DNA of 64,000 nt from Geosiphon pyriformis uo1. Taxonomy: Eukaryota; Fungi; Glomeromycota. The stretch is taken from positions 124,001-188,000 of the forward strand of contig JAAOMT010000302.1 in NCBI GenBank assembly GCA_016748015.1. Reading direction: 5' to 3'. Shown piece after piece: positions 26,603-38,523 of the stretch. The notes below the pieces were generated by a model. It had not been told where the DNA came from. It worked only from the letters and a program-made list of their open reading frames with translations, and made no database searches. The first letter of the stretch is position 1; every line of letters starts with the position of its first letter. Made by a program: the position numbers and the translations under genes.

Positions 26603-28313
26603 AGGAAATTTTCTACTTTGTGATGGCTCTATCTCAACTAGTTTTGGCTTTGGGATTGTAAAGGGAAGCGGATCAGTTGGCTCGATCGCTTTGGGTTTTA
26701 TTGAGAATAATTTATCATCAGTGACATTTTTCCTTTAAATGAAAATTCTTTTTTATCATGTTTCCCGAATTCAATGAAGTTTCCTAAAATTTCCATTTAT
26801 AAAATTTTTTTAGGAATTTCGAGAAAATTTTATATTCAACAAGTACAGATGATTGAACAAGAGGTTAAATCACATATTTAAAATAGAAAGAAAGATTTAT
26901 TAGCTAATAAAAATTATGTTGAGATTGGGAAATCAAATTAGAACCTACAGTAAATACAATAACAAAATATTTTTCCAAAGCTTTGCAATTCAATAATTTA
27001 AAAATTTGATCAGAATATAAATATTTTTTAATTTGAAAAAAATTCAGTTTTCTTATTTAACATTGGATTAATTACGGTTTTTTGATTTTAAAAATTTTAA
27101 TCCAAGATAATTTTCATTTGCACTAGGAAGCATTAAAATTTGATAAAGGAAGAATAATTTAGGGCATCTCAATAATAATAAATTTTCCTGTTTGCAAGCT
27201 GAACTTTAAAATAACGCCGAGTTAAAAAGATTTTTATACCAATAGGTAAATTCGTATAACTCTTTTAAATTAAGAAATATATCTCTTTAGTAGTAGCAAT
27301 TATATACTTATATGATAAAGAATCATCTAACCCGAAAATGAGCTTTTCCTTTACTATATAACCAATCTGCTGTTTGATTTTATAATAAACCTTAAATATT
27401 TTTATTCAGAAATCCTTATCAATAATATTTTATTATGAATAATTTTCAAACTTACTTTGATGATGATATCCTATTAAAAAATAAAAAGTGTTGAAATTCA
27501 ATTTTCGCCTTTTCTTTATTTGTTGTTGTTGTTGTTGTTGTTGTTGTTATTTCTAGACAATTCTCGAACTATATCCTTTAAAAATTTGTCATTTTGCGAA
27601 ACTGAAAAGACAAATTAATGAGTTTGATTAATTAAGGTATTAGCAAGGGTAGATTTACCTCCACCACTTCTAGTTGAAAAATGTAAAATTATTCATTATA
27701 TAGGAGCTATGGGTTTTATTCTGTAGCAAATTTCAGAATAATGGATGTCCCTCTGAAATCAGTTGAATTTATTCGTGCAAATTAACACGATAAATTTAAT
27801 TATAAATAATTCTGAATTTAAGTTTTTTTTTGTTTACCCCAAGCAATCCTGAATTATCAGAGGAGTCGAAATATTTGACAAATAATTACTCCTTATTGTT
27901 TTATCATATATCTTAATGATTTTTGGGCTATTTATTTTCCAAACAAATATCATACTGATTTTTAAATCTGAAACAAAATTTGCAACTATTACTAAAGTTG
28001 TATAAATTTAATTAATTGATATTATTAAAAAAGTTCATTTTTATTTTATTTTTTGGCATTAAAAAATGAATATTAACTATATAAATGATCATCAAATAAA
28101 TAAATTGAAGCTGACATATTTTATATTTACAATTATTTCAGATATTTTGAAAAAATAAACAATATCTTTATATTATTCATTAAATAACTATTAATAATTT
28201 TCTAATTAAACTGTTTAAATGTTTCACGCGATCTCGTTAATCCGTATAAAAGATCATCATATTTTGTCTTACGCAAAAGACAGATTTTCAGGAACTATAT
28301 TTTTAAGAGAAAC

Positions 28314-29036
28314 ATGGCGAGAACGATGATCATCATCCCAAATTCAGAAATGGATTTACTTACCAACAGTTCTCGCTTGGAATCACTAACAAAGCTCGCA
28401 ATCGAATTTTCCTCCATAAAAGTTCCCGGTGATGATGACGAATACCTTCGAGCATGCATTAACAAATGGTGTAACTCCCACAAAATTGATGCAGAAACTC
28501 TCTTTGACCTATTATCCATTTCATCAAATGAGAACTTCAAATATTCATGCTTACTTGGATTCGCTTATGAATATGGTATTGGAACCGAGCCTGATCAAAA
28601 CGCTGCTTTCGAATATTATCTACAAGCTGCAAAAAATGGTGATAGTTTAGGACAAAATCAAGTGGGCTCGTATTATGACCGAAATTACTATTTGGATATG
28701 ATGATTGAATCTGAAAGTGATGTTCATGAACAAGCGTTCGAATGGTATCAGAAATCAGCAATGGGAGGGAATGCTAATGGTCAATACAATCTTGCAAATT
28801 GTTATCGTAAAGGGACTGGAACTTATAATGATATGCGCAAGGCATTTTTCTGGTATTATGAAGCTGCCAAAGCTGGCGATGTGACTTCACAACGCACTGT
28901 TGGGTTGTGTTTTGAAGCAGGACATGGGACAATGACAGATGTTCATCAGGCTATTTTGTGGTACCGACAATCTATTGTAGCGGGGGATGAAATTTCTGTC
29001 GATTTTTGTCGAAGTCTTTTTCAGAAGGCAGAATGA
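28314..29036 (+). CDS. Sel1-repeat protein 5 (4 repeats)
   Basis: 240-aa ORF; repeat 2 carries an insertion (RNYYLDMMIESESD); last repeat TDVHQAILWY. Confidence 0.88.
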   Translation: MARTMIIIPNSEMDLLTNSSRLESLTKLAIEFSSIKVPGDDDEYLRACINKWCNSHKIDAETLFDLLSISSNENFKYSCLLGFAYEYGIGTEPDQNAAFEYYLQAAKNGDSLGQNQVGSYYDRNYYLDMMIESESDVHEQAFEWYQKSAMGGNANGQYNLANCYRKGTGTYNDMRKAFFWYYEAAKAGDVTSQRTVGLCFEAGHGTMTDVHQAILWYRQSIVAGDEISVDFCRSLFQKAE

Positions 29037-30179
29037 AAAATGACCTTGATACCAAAAGTGAGATAGGCGAACCTATTAGAAAAAAGAATTAAGATAGAGC
29101 TCTAAGCATTTTCAGTCTCTGCTTTTCACAAATTTCAGAAATTATTTAAATCAAGAAATTAATCCATTTTTCAAATTTTTTATCTTTGAATTATGGATTT
29201 CTTTACTGTCTGATCACAATATTCCTGTTCAATATAATTAAGTACTTAGTTTTTATTTTACTTAAAACATTTCCAGATTTTTTTTATATTTTTTAAATTC
29301 ATAGGATTTTTATACCATTAACAATTCTAATAATTTTTCGTCAAATAATATGGTTTTAATTGATAAGATGACATCAATTTCAAGTTTAATAATTGAAATT
29401 TGAGTAATGAATTTAATAATTTATATGAAAAAAAGTAAAAAAGAAGTTTTAATCTCCAATAAACAACTATTTTATTACAATTATATATATTATCTAAATT
29501 TTTTTAAAATTGTGTTAAATTATTTAAAAATATATTGTTTGTTTATATTTTTTGATTCTTTAAATATTGTAATATTTTTAAAACAAAGTTTTTTTTTAAA
29601 TTATTAATATTATTAAGTTGAACAAAATTGATAGCTTTTTAAAATAAAATACATTTAAAAATTAATATTTTTTATAATTAATATATGTTATATCAACCTA
29701 ATAAAACATATTAAATTAATAATAATAAATAAAAACTTGTGTTTAAACATACTATTATAATTCAAAATAATAAAATAATCAAAATTAACTTGAAAAATTC
29801 AAAAATAAAGATAATAAATTTTACAATAAAATAAATAACTTAGTTAACAATCAGATCAAAAATAAAATAACAATTAAATTTTATAATCAAGTTAATAACT
29901 ATTTCTAAAAATAAAGTAGCTCCTTAATAAAATATAATGAATTAATAATTATTTTAAAAAAATAATATTACCAAAAAACTTTTTAATCTTAAAATATAAG
30001 AATAGATTATAATTATTAACAAGAAATTATGCTAAATAACATGATAAAACTACATTATAGATAAATAATAATATTTATTAAAATAAATGCAATTATTTCA
30101 AACCTTGCTTGTTTCAAATTTAAGCTTAAGAAAATTTTTTAAAGTACTTTTATTTCCACTTTAGTGTACACATACATAC

Positions 30180-30720
30180 AGTTTTTATATCCAATCAATA
30201 TGCAGTCGTTGGCCGTTGAGGTTTGACAATAATCGGAACACAATCTTGAAAGATATCTTGATTCAACGAGAAAAATTGGCAAAGGCCTTTTTTGTAGGGT
30301 ATTTGCCCCCGACCGCTTCCAATACGTCTTTTTCCTCTATTCTGCAAAGTTTGTTCTTTTTGATGGTGCAACCTTCGAAGAGCATGAACTTTCCCATGTT
30401 ATTCTTGCCATCAACACTATATACATGTCTATGCACATCGATTTTTATATATAATAAGGATAAAATGGCCTTACCCACACAGGATTACATCTTACGGAAA
30501 AAATTACATATTATCGGAAACCGACGAATGAACACGAAGACAAGTTCGCAAAACCTAAGCGGATAGTTCCCATCCATGCAGTCTTCATTGATCCATTAAA
30601 AGAATAATTTAAAATATTAAGTGTCTTTAAAATCGGGGTATATTGCATAGCCAGATTTCGCAATTTAAAAGTCATTTGCAGAAAATCCTGAAAATATAGC
30701 TTGTCTGAACTTCTTAGCTA
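30180..30720 (+). mobile_element. Fanzor2/IS607-TnpB relic, same family as the 54-kb element
   Basis: KFAKPKRIVPIHAVFIDP (RuvC-I). Nucleotide block GCAAAACCTAAGC...TCCATGCAGTCTTCATTGATCC is shared with 54008-54055 on the opposite strand. Confidence 0.72.
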
Positions 30721-31087
30721 AATATAGTTAGAATTCAGTAATAACTTCAAATGTTGAAGCTCTTTAGATCTATCATTTTAAAAACACCATTTAAAGACTG
30801 GCAGTAATTGTGATGATTGAAAATTTTGTAATAATCCGCCGAACTAGCTTTTAGTAGCTTGGGAATTTCAGTTTAGATCTGATCATTAATGTGTCAAATG
30901 AAATCTCATTTTTTCCAACCCCAGGAAAATCGTAAAGCAAAATTATACCCACTGTAATTGGATGTAGAACTGTGCATTTAAAAAAGCAATAAATAGGATC
31001 AGCACCTTAAGCCCTTATTCAAATAACCATTTTGCACTACAATTGTTATATATATAAGATACAGATCCTATCCATTGAAACTACAAA

Positions 31088-32305
31088 ATGGACGAAGCTC
31101 GTGACGGAATTTCAAATATTAAACTGAAATGTGATGCTGCAAAGCCCAATAAGATTGAAAGCAAATTGATCCTGATTAAGAACGAGAGTATGACTCCGGA
31201 AGCCAAACAAATATATTTTGGATGCTTAGATAATTTCATAAAAAGGTTGCAATTCGACATCTGCCAAATAATCCGACTGAATTTTATCACCCAGCATGGA
31301 CAATGCATCGCAGAATATTTCAAACAGATGCAATTGGACCCTGTCGTTGTTTTGGAATTACTTTTCAGGCCGAAATATAAATCCCAATATCCGGGATTGA
31401 TAGGGGTTTTTTATGAATATGGATTAGGCGTACCAGTTGATGTGCAAACAGCGGTGAAATATTATAAGCTTACTCAAGAAAACGATGATACTTTTTTCCA
31501 AGTATCTTTGGCAAATTGTCTTTTTGATGGAAAAGGAGTTCCAATCAACCAAAGACTTGCGATTGAACTATATAGAAAGGCTGCTGAAAGTGGTGAAAGT
31601 CGGGGACAAAACAATATTGCATATTGTTATCTGTTTGGAATAGGAGGTCCCAAAGATGAAAAAATGGCATTTCACTGGCAAGAAAAAGCTGCGAACCAAG
31701 GAAATGCGTATGCACAAAGTATATTGGGATGTTTTTATAGTGATGGCACGGGCGTTGAGAAAAATCAAGAGATTGCGTTTGAATGGTTTAAAAAATCAGC
31801 AGATAATAAATGTTCCAATGGACTATTTCACTGTGGACAAGCCTATCTTCTTGGAGAAGGCACCGAACAGGATGAAAGAAAGGCCTTTGAATGTTACAAG
31901 AATTCGGGACAATTGGGTCACCAGGACGGAAAATACTTTCTCGGCTATTGCTATGAACACGGAGTGGGGACACAGATTGATTCAGCGAAGGCTTTTTCTT
32001 GCTATCATCAAATTGCTCAGAATGGTGAGGCTCAGGGACAATATTCACTTGCCAAATTCTATTTGGTTGGTTTAAGCGTGAAGCAAGATCTCAGAATTGG
32101 ATTTTATTGGTCTATGAAGTCTGCAATTGGCGGTTACTCTCTAGGACAAATGAGAGTCGCTCTTTGCTATCGACATGGGTGGGGAATCCAAAGGGATATT
32201 CACAAAGCGTTGCGATGGTGTCGAAAAGCTGAAATAGATGGGAATGAATTAGCTATTCGCGATATCACGAATATTTTCAATTTGGATGGAGATGATCAGC
32301 TTTGA
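31088..32305 (+). CDS. Sel1-repeat protein 6 (8 repeats)
   Basis: 405-aa intronless ORF; last repeat RDIHKALRWC. Confidence 0.9.
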   Translation: MDEARDGISNIKLKCDAAKPNKIESKLILIKNESMTPEAKQIYFGCLDNFIKRLQFDICQIIRLNFITQHGQCIAEYFKQMQLDPVVVLELLFRPKYKSQYPGLIGVFYEYGLGVPVDVQTAVKYYKLTQENDDTFFQVSLANCLFDGKGVPINQRLAIELYRKAAESGESRGQNNIAYCYLFGIGGPKDEKMAFHWQEKAANQGNAYAQSILGCFYSDGTGVEKNQEIAFEWFKKSADNKCSNGLFHCGQAYLLGEGTEQDERKAFECYKNSGQLGHQDGKYFLGYCYEHGVGTQIDSAKAFSCYHQIAQNGEAQGQYSLAKFYLVGLSVKQDLRIGFYWSMKSAIGGYSLGQMRVALCYRHGWGIQRDIHKALRWCRKAEIDGNELAIRDITNIFNLDGDDQL

Positions 32306-32871
32306 TTGGTAAGCGATGTTTAATTGATATATTTGTGGTAATACTTTCTTAAAATAACTCTGAAATTTTAGCTTGGCTCTTTAGATATTTCTTTACATAC
32401 TGATCTCTAAGGTTTTATAATCAAATCTAACACTATCTCAACCCTTAAAGTAGAAACTCGCACCCTTCCCCGTTTTCTCCTCTAATCTGGACGAAACGAA
32501 GGACCAAACACTCGTATCTTTTTGAGGTCTTCATTGTCATTTTGAATATTAATAAATTTATATTGGGCTAGATTATTGATGTGAAATTATTATACTTTTG
32601 AAATTAATTGTCAACCAAATTTTGAATACTTAAATGCCAATTTTGGGTTCATAGGCCAATTAAGTATTCTTGTGGATTGAAAAAATGAGACTACGCATGA
32701 GTTTGGAGAATTCGGCTTAATACGTTAATTAAAATTGACCTGATTTTTAATGTTTCGGTGCAATTGAAAATTATTAGCAGTAGAATTTAATTTATCCTGC
32801 AAGGTTTTAAGAATAAATTCGTGATAGAATATTTTTTGAATTTAAAATTCTTAGAAATTAGGATAAAGAAA

Positions 32872-33858
32872 TTAAAGAGGTCTAGCACGAAATAATTTAA
32901 AAAGTGTTGATCGTTGTATTCCGTTGCAATCATACGGAATTTGAAGCCACTTCAACGCTTCATGATTATCCTTGAAGATCCCCTCACCCGCCATTAATTT
33001 TTTGGCGAGCAAAATTTGACTAATTCCACTTCCAAATTCTGCGGATTTTTTTAACCAATAAATTCCCTTGATTTTATCCGGAGAGTCCCCCTTCAAAAAT
33101 TTGCGCGCTACTCGTCTCATCGCGTACGAATAACCCCAATCAGCCGACTTCTGGAACCATTCATCCGCCAGCTTTAAATTTTTTGGAGTTCCAAAGCGAA
33201 TACCAAGCTTATAACAATAGGCAACCCTATATGCAGCACGAGGGAGGTGATTTTCAGCAGCCTTTAAATGCCACTGAAAAGCGATCTCATCGTTTCTCGC
33301 AATTCCAAATCCATGATGATAACAGAGACCTAGTTCATGTTGTGCTTTTGGGTCACCGGCTTTTGCGGCTTTCTGTAACCATAAAATAGCGAGCTGCGGT
33401 TCTCTAGTGGTGTTAACACCAGTTTTGTAACAAGTACCTAAGAAAGTTTGAGCAAAAACATGACCTGCATTGGCAGCTTTCTCAAGGTAGAAGAAAGATT
33501 GTGCATAATCACTTTTGACACCAAAATCATTTTGGTAGAAAATTCCAAGACGACTTTGAGCAATAGATGAGCCTAAATCTGCTGCTTTTTTGGTTTGTAA
33601 AAGCGCGTTTTTTTCATCGATAGTGCACCCAATCCCATAGGTCAAAAGAAAACCCAAGAAGTTTAAGGTCTCTGGTTCTTCATTTTGGTGATGAGTGAAG
33701 TCGTCAAAAAAGTCACGAAATTTTATTTCATTCTGAATCAGATGCTTTTTTATCGCATTAGCAATATCTTGTTCTTCATAGAAATGGTTGTGCAATTCAT
33801 AAAATATTTTATGAGGGGTAGTAGATTCATGTAAAATTTCAAAACTGGTTTCTTGCAT
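32872..33858 (-). CDS. Sel1-repeat protein 7 (7 repeats)
   Basis: First ATG at 33858 (the ORF track uses TTG at 33882); last repeat KDNHEALKWL. Confidence 0.87.
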   Translation of the reverse strand: MQETSFEILHESTTPHKIFYELHNHFYEEQDIANAIKKHLIQNEIKFRDFFDDFTHHQNEEPETLNFLGFLLTYGIGCTIDEKNALLQTKKAADLGSSIAQSRLGIFYQNDFGVKSDYAQSFFYLEKAANAGHVFAQTFLGTCYKTGVNTTREPQLAILWLQKAAKAGDPKAQHELGLCYHHGFGIARNDEIAFQWHLKAAENHLPRAAYRVAYCYKLGIRFGTPKNLKLADEWFQKSADWGYSYAMRRVARKFLKGDSPDKIKGIYWLKKSAEFGSGISQILLAKKLMAGEGIFKDNHEALKWLQIPYDCNGIQRSTLFKLFRARPL

Positions 33859-34139
33859 TGGTTTGATCAGATCCGTTTGCAAAAATGAGTTCTAATTTGT
33901 GCTTGAGCAAAACGTGTCAATATTCTTTGTTTGCCTATTTATTATATACATATTTTGATTGTTGCAGTGAAATTTGAACTAGTAAAAATCAAGGCTTCGG
34001 GAAACCCCTTTTTCATGTGTATTACTGTACCCAAAATGCCATCATGCTGCTGAGGGCCGAATTCGTTATTATTCTCTAAACAGTCACTAACGGATGGATT
34101 GTCATATATCAATAATAGGCAAGGCTAAGCATTGTCACT

Positions 34140-34581
34140 ATTTCCAAGAAAAAATTCCCCGAGCGCCCATTTTCATCTCTATCTATTACAGTCGTACAAT
34201 TTCGGCATTTACATATCGCAGATCCTCAGATGTTTTGGATGTTTCCACACCAACTAGTCTTGGAAGTTTAAGCTTCATTTTGGATAATAACATGAACTCC
34301 TAATTCCTCATTAAACGTTGGCGAAATTGACAATATGCCTAGCCAAGCATTTTCGGACCGTTTTTCGTGTAATTTTTCTTGACCATATTAGATACCTCGA
34401 ACGGCGGAATGATGATAGCGTCGAATTCATGAGTAAAAAAAGCAACAGTCTTTTTGTGAATCTCATTTTGCAAATGTTTAATTTTTTGTTGAATACATGC
34501 TATTGCTTTAAAAGTTAATTGTATTAACTTGTCTTTTTGTGATATTAATTGCCCATGTAAATGCAAATATAAGCAATACAT
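34140..34581 (-). mobile_element. Fanzor2/IS607-TnpB C-terminal pseudogene
   Basis: KIKHLQNEIHKKTVAFFTHEFDAIIIPPFEVSNM; KMLG*AYCQFRQRL; EELGVHVIIQNEA*TSKT (RuvC-II); WCG...CRNC (Zn finger); IDRDENG/ARGIFL (RuvC-III). Confidence 0.88.
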
Positions 34582-36197
34582 TCAATATTTTATAAACCCA
34601 GACAAACTTCTATTCATTAGTTTTTTGAAAATAAGTAGGTTTGTTATTAGATATAATCTTGTATAAAAAGAGCCATTGTGCTTTGTTTTAAATGAAAAGG
34701 TCATAATGAACATTATTATTATTATTTGAACTGGAAATAGGCTTGTACTAATATGTATATTTATATATTAATAAAGTTTAAAAATAAGAAACATAAAAGT
34801 AAATTCAACACAAATTGTAATAGTTTAATGTAATTTTTTAAGAAAATGAAAGAAAAAATAATATATTGATATATTTTGTTGTTATTGTGTATTATGTTTA
34901 ATAATTTTATTTTGTGCAGACAATGCTTAACAAATACTAAAAAACAGAAAACATTTTTAATCACACATTATTAATTAAGATATATCAAAAAAAATTGTTA
35001 TAAAAAATGTTAAATCATAAGAAAACAAAATAATATTATTGAAAAAAGTTGATTAAAGCCTATATGAGATAAACAAAAGTTGTGTAGAACTATTAAGGTT
35101 GTTTATGTCTAGTACCTGCTAGTATTGCAAATAAAGCAATTGATCATGAACTGTTGTCATTTTTTTGTATTTTTTGGTTTTTATGCTTTTATTTGTATTT
35201 TGTTTTTCATTATTTTTGCATTTTTATTGTTGATAGCAAGAATAGTCTTGACCAGCTCATGTTTATTATAGGTTGGTTTGTTGAAAAAAACCATAAATTT
35301 TGTAAAATATAAAAAAAAGACATAATGAGCAACCATAATTTTTGAGACTATTTTGCAACTTATTCATTCCAATAAGGTTTTAAAGAGCTGTTTTTGTTGT
35401 TTAAACTTCTCTTTTTGCTTAATGATGGTAGTGGTAATGGTAGTAGTAGTGAGATTAACATTTTTAAAAACTAGCTTGGAAAAAAAAGTAAAGAGTTACT
35501 TTTTTAATCAAAACAGTAATTGAAAAGAGGATGGTTCTAAAAAATGATGATAAAAACAGTGACAATAATAAAGACAGTAACAGTAGTTCTACTATGAATA
35601 TTCTCAAGACAAATCCTCTTTCAAGTGCATCTTCTATCTTCAATAATAATATTAATGAGTTGAAGCGAGAGCTTCTCAATTTTTTCTTATAGATATTTGA
35701 TCATTAATTGAAAGCGGTTTTACTCCAGTAATTAAAGAGGAAGTCGAAAAAAAGACCAATTATTAAGAAACCGAAATAATACCTCTTTCCACACATGGAA
35801 AAAAGTTCTTTTGCCCTTCATCTAATGCTTATTGCCAATCAAAAGAATATTTTTGACAAATACGATGATGAAAAAACATAAGAGGTTCAACAATAATTAA
35901 ATTTTCCTTTCAATTTCCCCTAATGGAAAGCACACTTGGAAAATAGAAACATTTGAGACAACTCAATTTTTTCAATTTAATACTCATTATCTTTTAAAGA
36001 CTGTCAACTTGGATTACCAAGAAATCTTTATTCCTAAATGTTTGTATTTTTGCAAGACTAATTTTTCACTTAATAAACCTAAAAGGTTGAATTTTTCTTG
36101 AATTTGAAGTTTGAATGGTAAATTTAAATTTGAAAATAATCATTTGTCGGAGCCATTTTGTCAACGTTTCCATTAATATTGTGGTTGTCGTTGTTGC

Positions 36198-36246
<49 letters not shown>

Positions 36247-36299
36247 TGAAGTTATAACATTATTTGTGGGCTAAATGCGAGGATAACTAAGAAATTAAG

Positions 36300-38249
36300 T
36301 GGTCCAATCTCAAAATACCACCTTCACATCAAGGGTTATTCATGTTTACTCAACTAGAAAATCAAATGCATTAATAAATTTTTAAACATTAGCCTTTAAT
36401 TCAAATGCCTCTCTCGCCTTCACTTCGGATCCTGGATCCATTTCACACTAAGGATCAAAACATATAACTTATAAGCAAAATCTGATAACCTTTCAATGGA
36501 GTTTTTGGATTAGAGAATAATTTACCTGGGATTTGGGTGCTGATGCTCTGACAAGGAAACGGAAACGATACTTCCAATAATTATTAGTCCGGAATGTATT
36601 TTCCACCCAGCAAGGTATTATTTCAGTATGGACAAGATGTGAGAGTGAAAATCCATTACTAACTAAAATTCAAGGGAAATTGATTAAAGGGAATTCAAAA
36701 ATGCAGAAATTAAAATATTTTCATTGAATACCATAGTAGTGTCAGTTATTGTAATACGGAGCGGGGCAGGATGAAGGTCTCCGTAAGGATTTGGGGGAAT
36801 CAATTGAAAAGGATCAGAAGAAGTGTACTCATTGTCGTATAATTTATTATTCAGAATAATTTAGGAAAATTTTGAGCTGATCAAATAAAAAAAGGATAAT
36901 TTCCAATAATTAACCCGACATGCTTCTTGATTTCATGGCTCTGAATTCGCAGGAGTAATCAAGTGAATAACAGTTGGAATTCGTGTTATATTGTAATAAG
37001 AATTTTAAAGTAAACCTGGGGCCATGGGAGTCAGCATTATAAAGATCTTTCTCATTTACTCTTGACAAATGACAAAAGAATAAATAAAGGAGAAAGAAAC
37101 GTCTTTCGTATGTCTATCAAATATTTCTTGAAATTGCGCTAAAATACCATCTCTCCAAGTCATTACGAACTCGTCTGCGTCTTGTTCTATTTACATTCTA
37201 AAAAAATTCGCAGAAGACTCAATGAGTTGTTCAACTAACCTCTTCTGGGCCCAGTCATCGTCAAAATTAGCCTTTTCAATTATGGATATTTCCAAATGTA
37301 TAAAATCCATCCACGGTTTCTTCATACTTTCATCTTTGATATGGTCATCTTGTTTTAGGAGGAATTGAAACTTCCCTAAAATTAATTGTCCCAATTACTT
37401 CTAAGTAGATATGAACCCGACCATATCACCACGATTCTAATTCAGAAAAGGATATTCTGAATAAATCGTGGTAAAAAGGTAATTCAAAATTTTCATTTTA
37501 AAACCTGTCCGAGTACTTGTCGTGGTAACATAATTTGGTTTCCCTTCTATCCAGGCATTGAGTATGTAATTCCGAATTTTCATATAAGGCTCAGGAGTTT
37601 TGGCAGCTAAGAATTCAGAATTAGCTTCTTTTTCTTCCTCGGTGATTATTAATTGAACTAAAATCTTGCACAAAAGGTTGCTCGAAATATGAATACTCTG
37701 TACCGTGGAAAATTCGAAAAAATTTTTTCTACCTTTTCTGAGGCCGAAACTGAAGCTTCCTATTATTCTCAAAATTAGCTATTAAAATTTTGAGAATAGG
37801 GTTATTATGTCAATAGTAGCTTTTTTAAGCCTCACATTCTTCACCGGTGAAATCATTATCGTCTCAAGTGACCCATCATCTGCAGATAATATTCAAAAAC
37901 AATTTGATAGAAGAAATGCTAGGAAGGCGCAATAAATATGAATTTATTTACCATCTTCGCCCAATTCTGTTAGGTCAGACACATCATCCAGATAATCTTT
38001 GTCATTCTCCATTTCACCACTTCAGCGAATTTCAAAAATTTCAGGTTTCTGTTCGATGACAACTCGCGGTATAACCAAATGCTTCAGCTCTTCATTTAAT
38101 TCGAATCTCTTTGCGATCTGAGCATTATTAATTTCTTTTTCATTGATACCAAGTCTCGGGGAACGCAAAATTTCATGACTTTCCAATTCTAGCTTATCAA
38201 TTCTAACTTCTTGAGTTATTGATAAATATGGAGATTTTGCCATTTCCAT
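36300..38249 (-). pseudogene. MYSM1: MYSM1-like (SWIRM + MPN/JAMM deubiquitinase) pseudogene
   Basis: [29 protein letters not shown]; GRVHIYLEVIGTINF; DPFQLIP; VMDFHSHL; CEMDPGSE. TGA at 38022-38024, a deletion at GD(VNCI)GR and no intact WYHSHP. Confidence 0.75.
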
Positions 38250-38349
38250 TTTTTTTTTGTTTTTGCAAATTGTATTTCTCTATCATCAGAGGAAAATTAA
38301 ATTTCTAGTAGAATAAAATTATAGTGTAATCGAATTTAGGGAGATTCGG

Positions 38350-38390
38350 TTATTAATTGTACCCGACACCTCTCTCACAATTCCCGGCAA
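38350..38390 (-). mobile_element. Fanzor1-family fragment, copy G
   Basis: CCGGGAATTGTGAGAGAGGTGTCGGGTACAA, nearly identical to copy C at ~19573-19603. Confidence 0.65.
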
Positions 38391-38523
38391 GCCCCAAAGG
38401 GTTGGTATACATGTGAAAAAAATCAGTGACTACCATAAATAGAATTTATGAGGTTTTTTGCTTAAACGTTCTATGAAATAATTAGGTAGCCCTAAATCTC
38501 GAGAACATGACCATTTTATGGTA

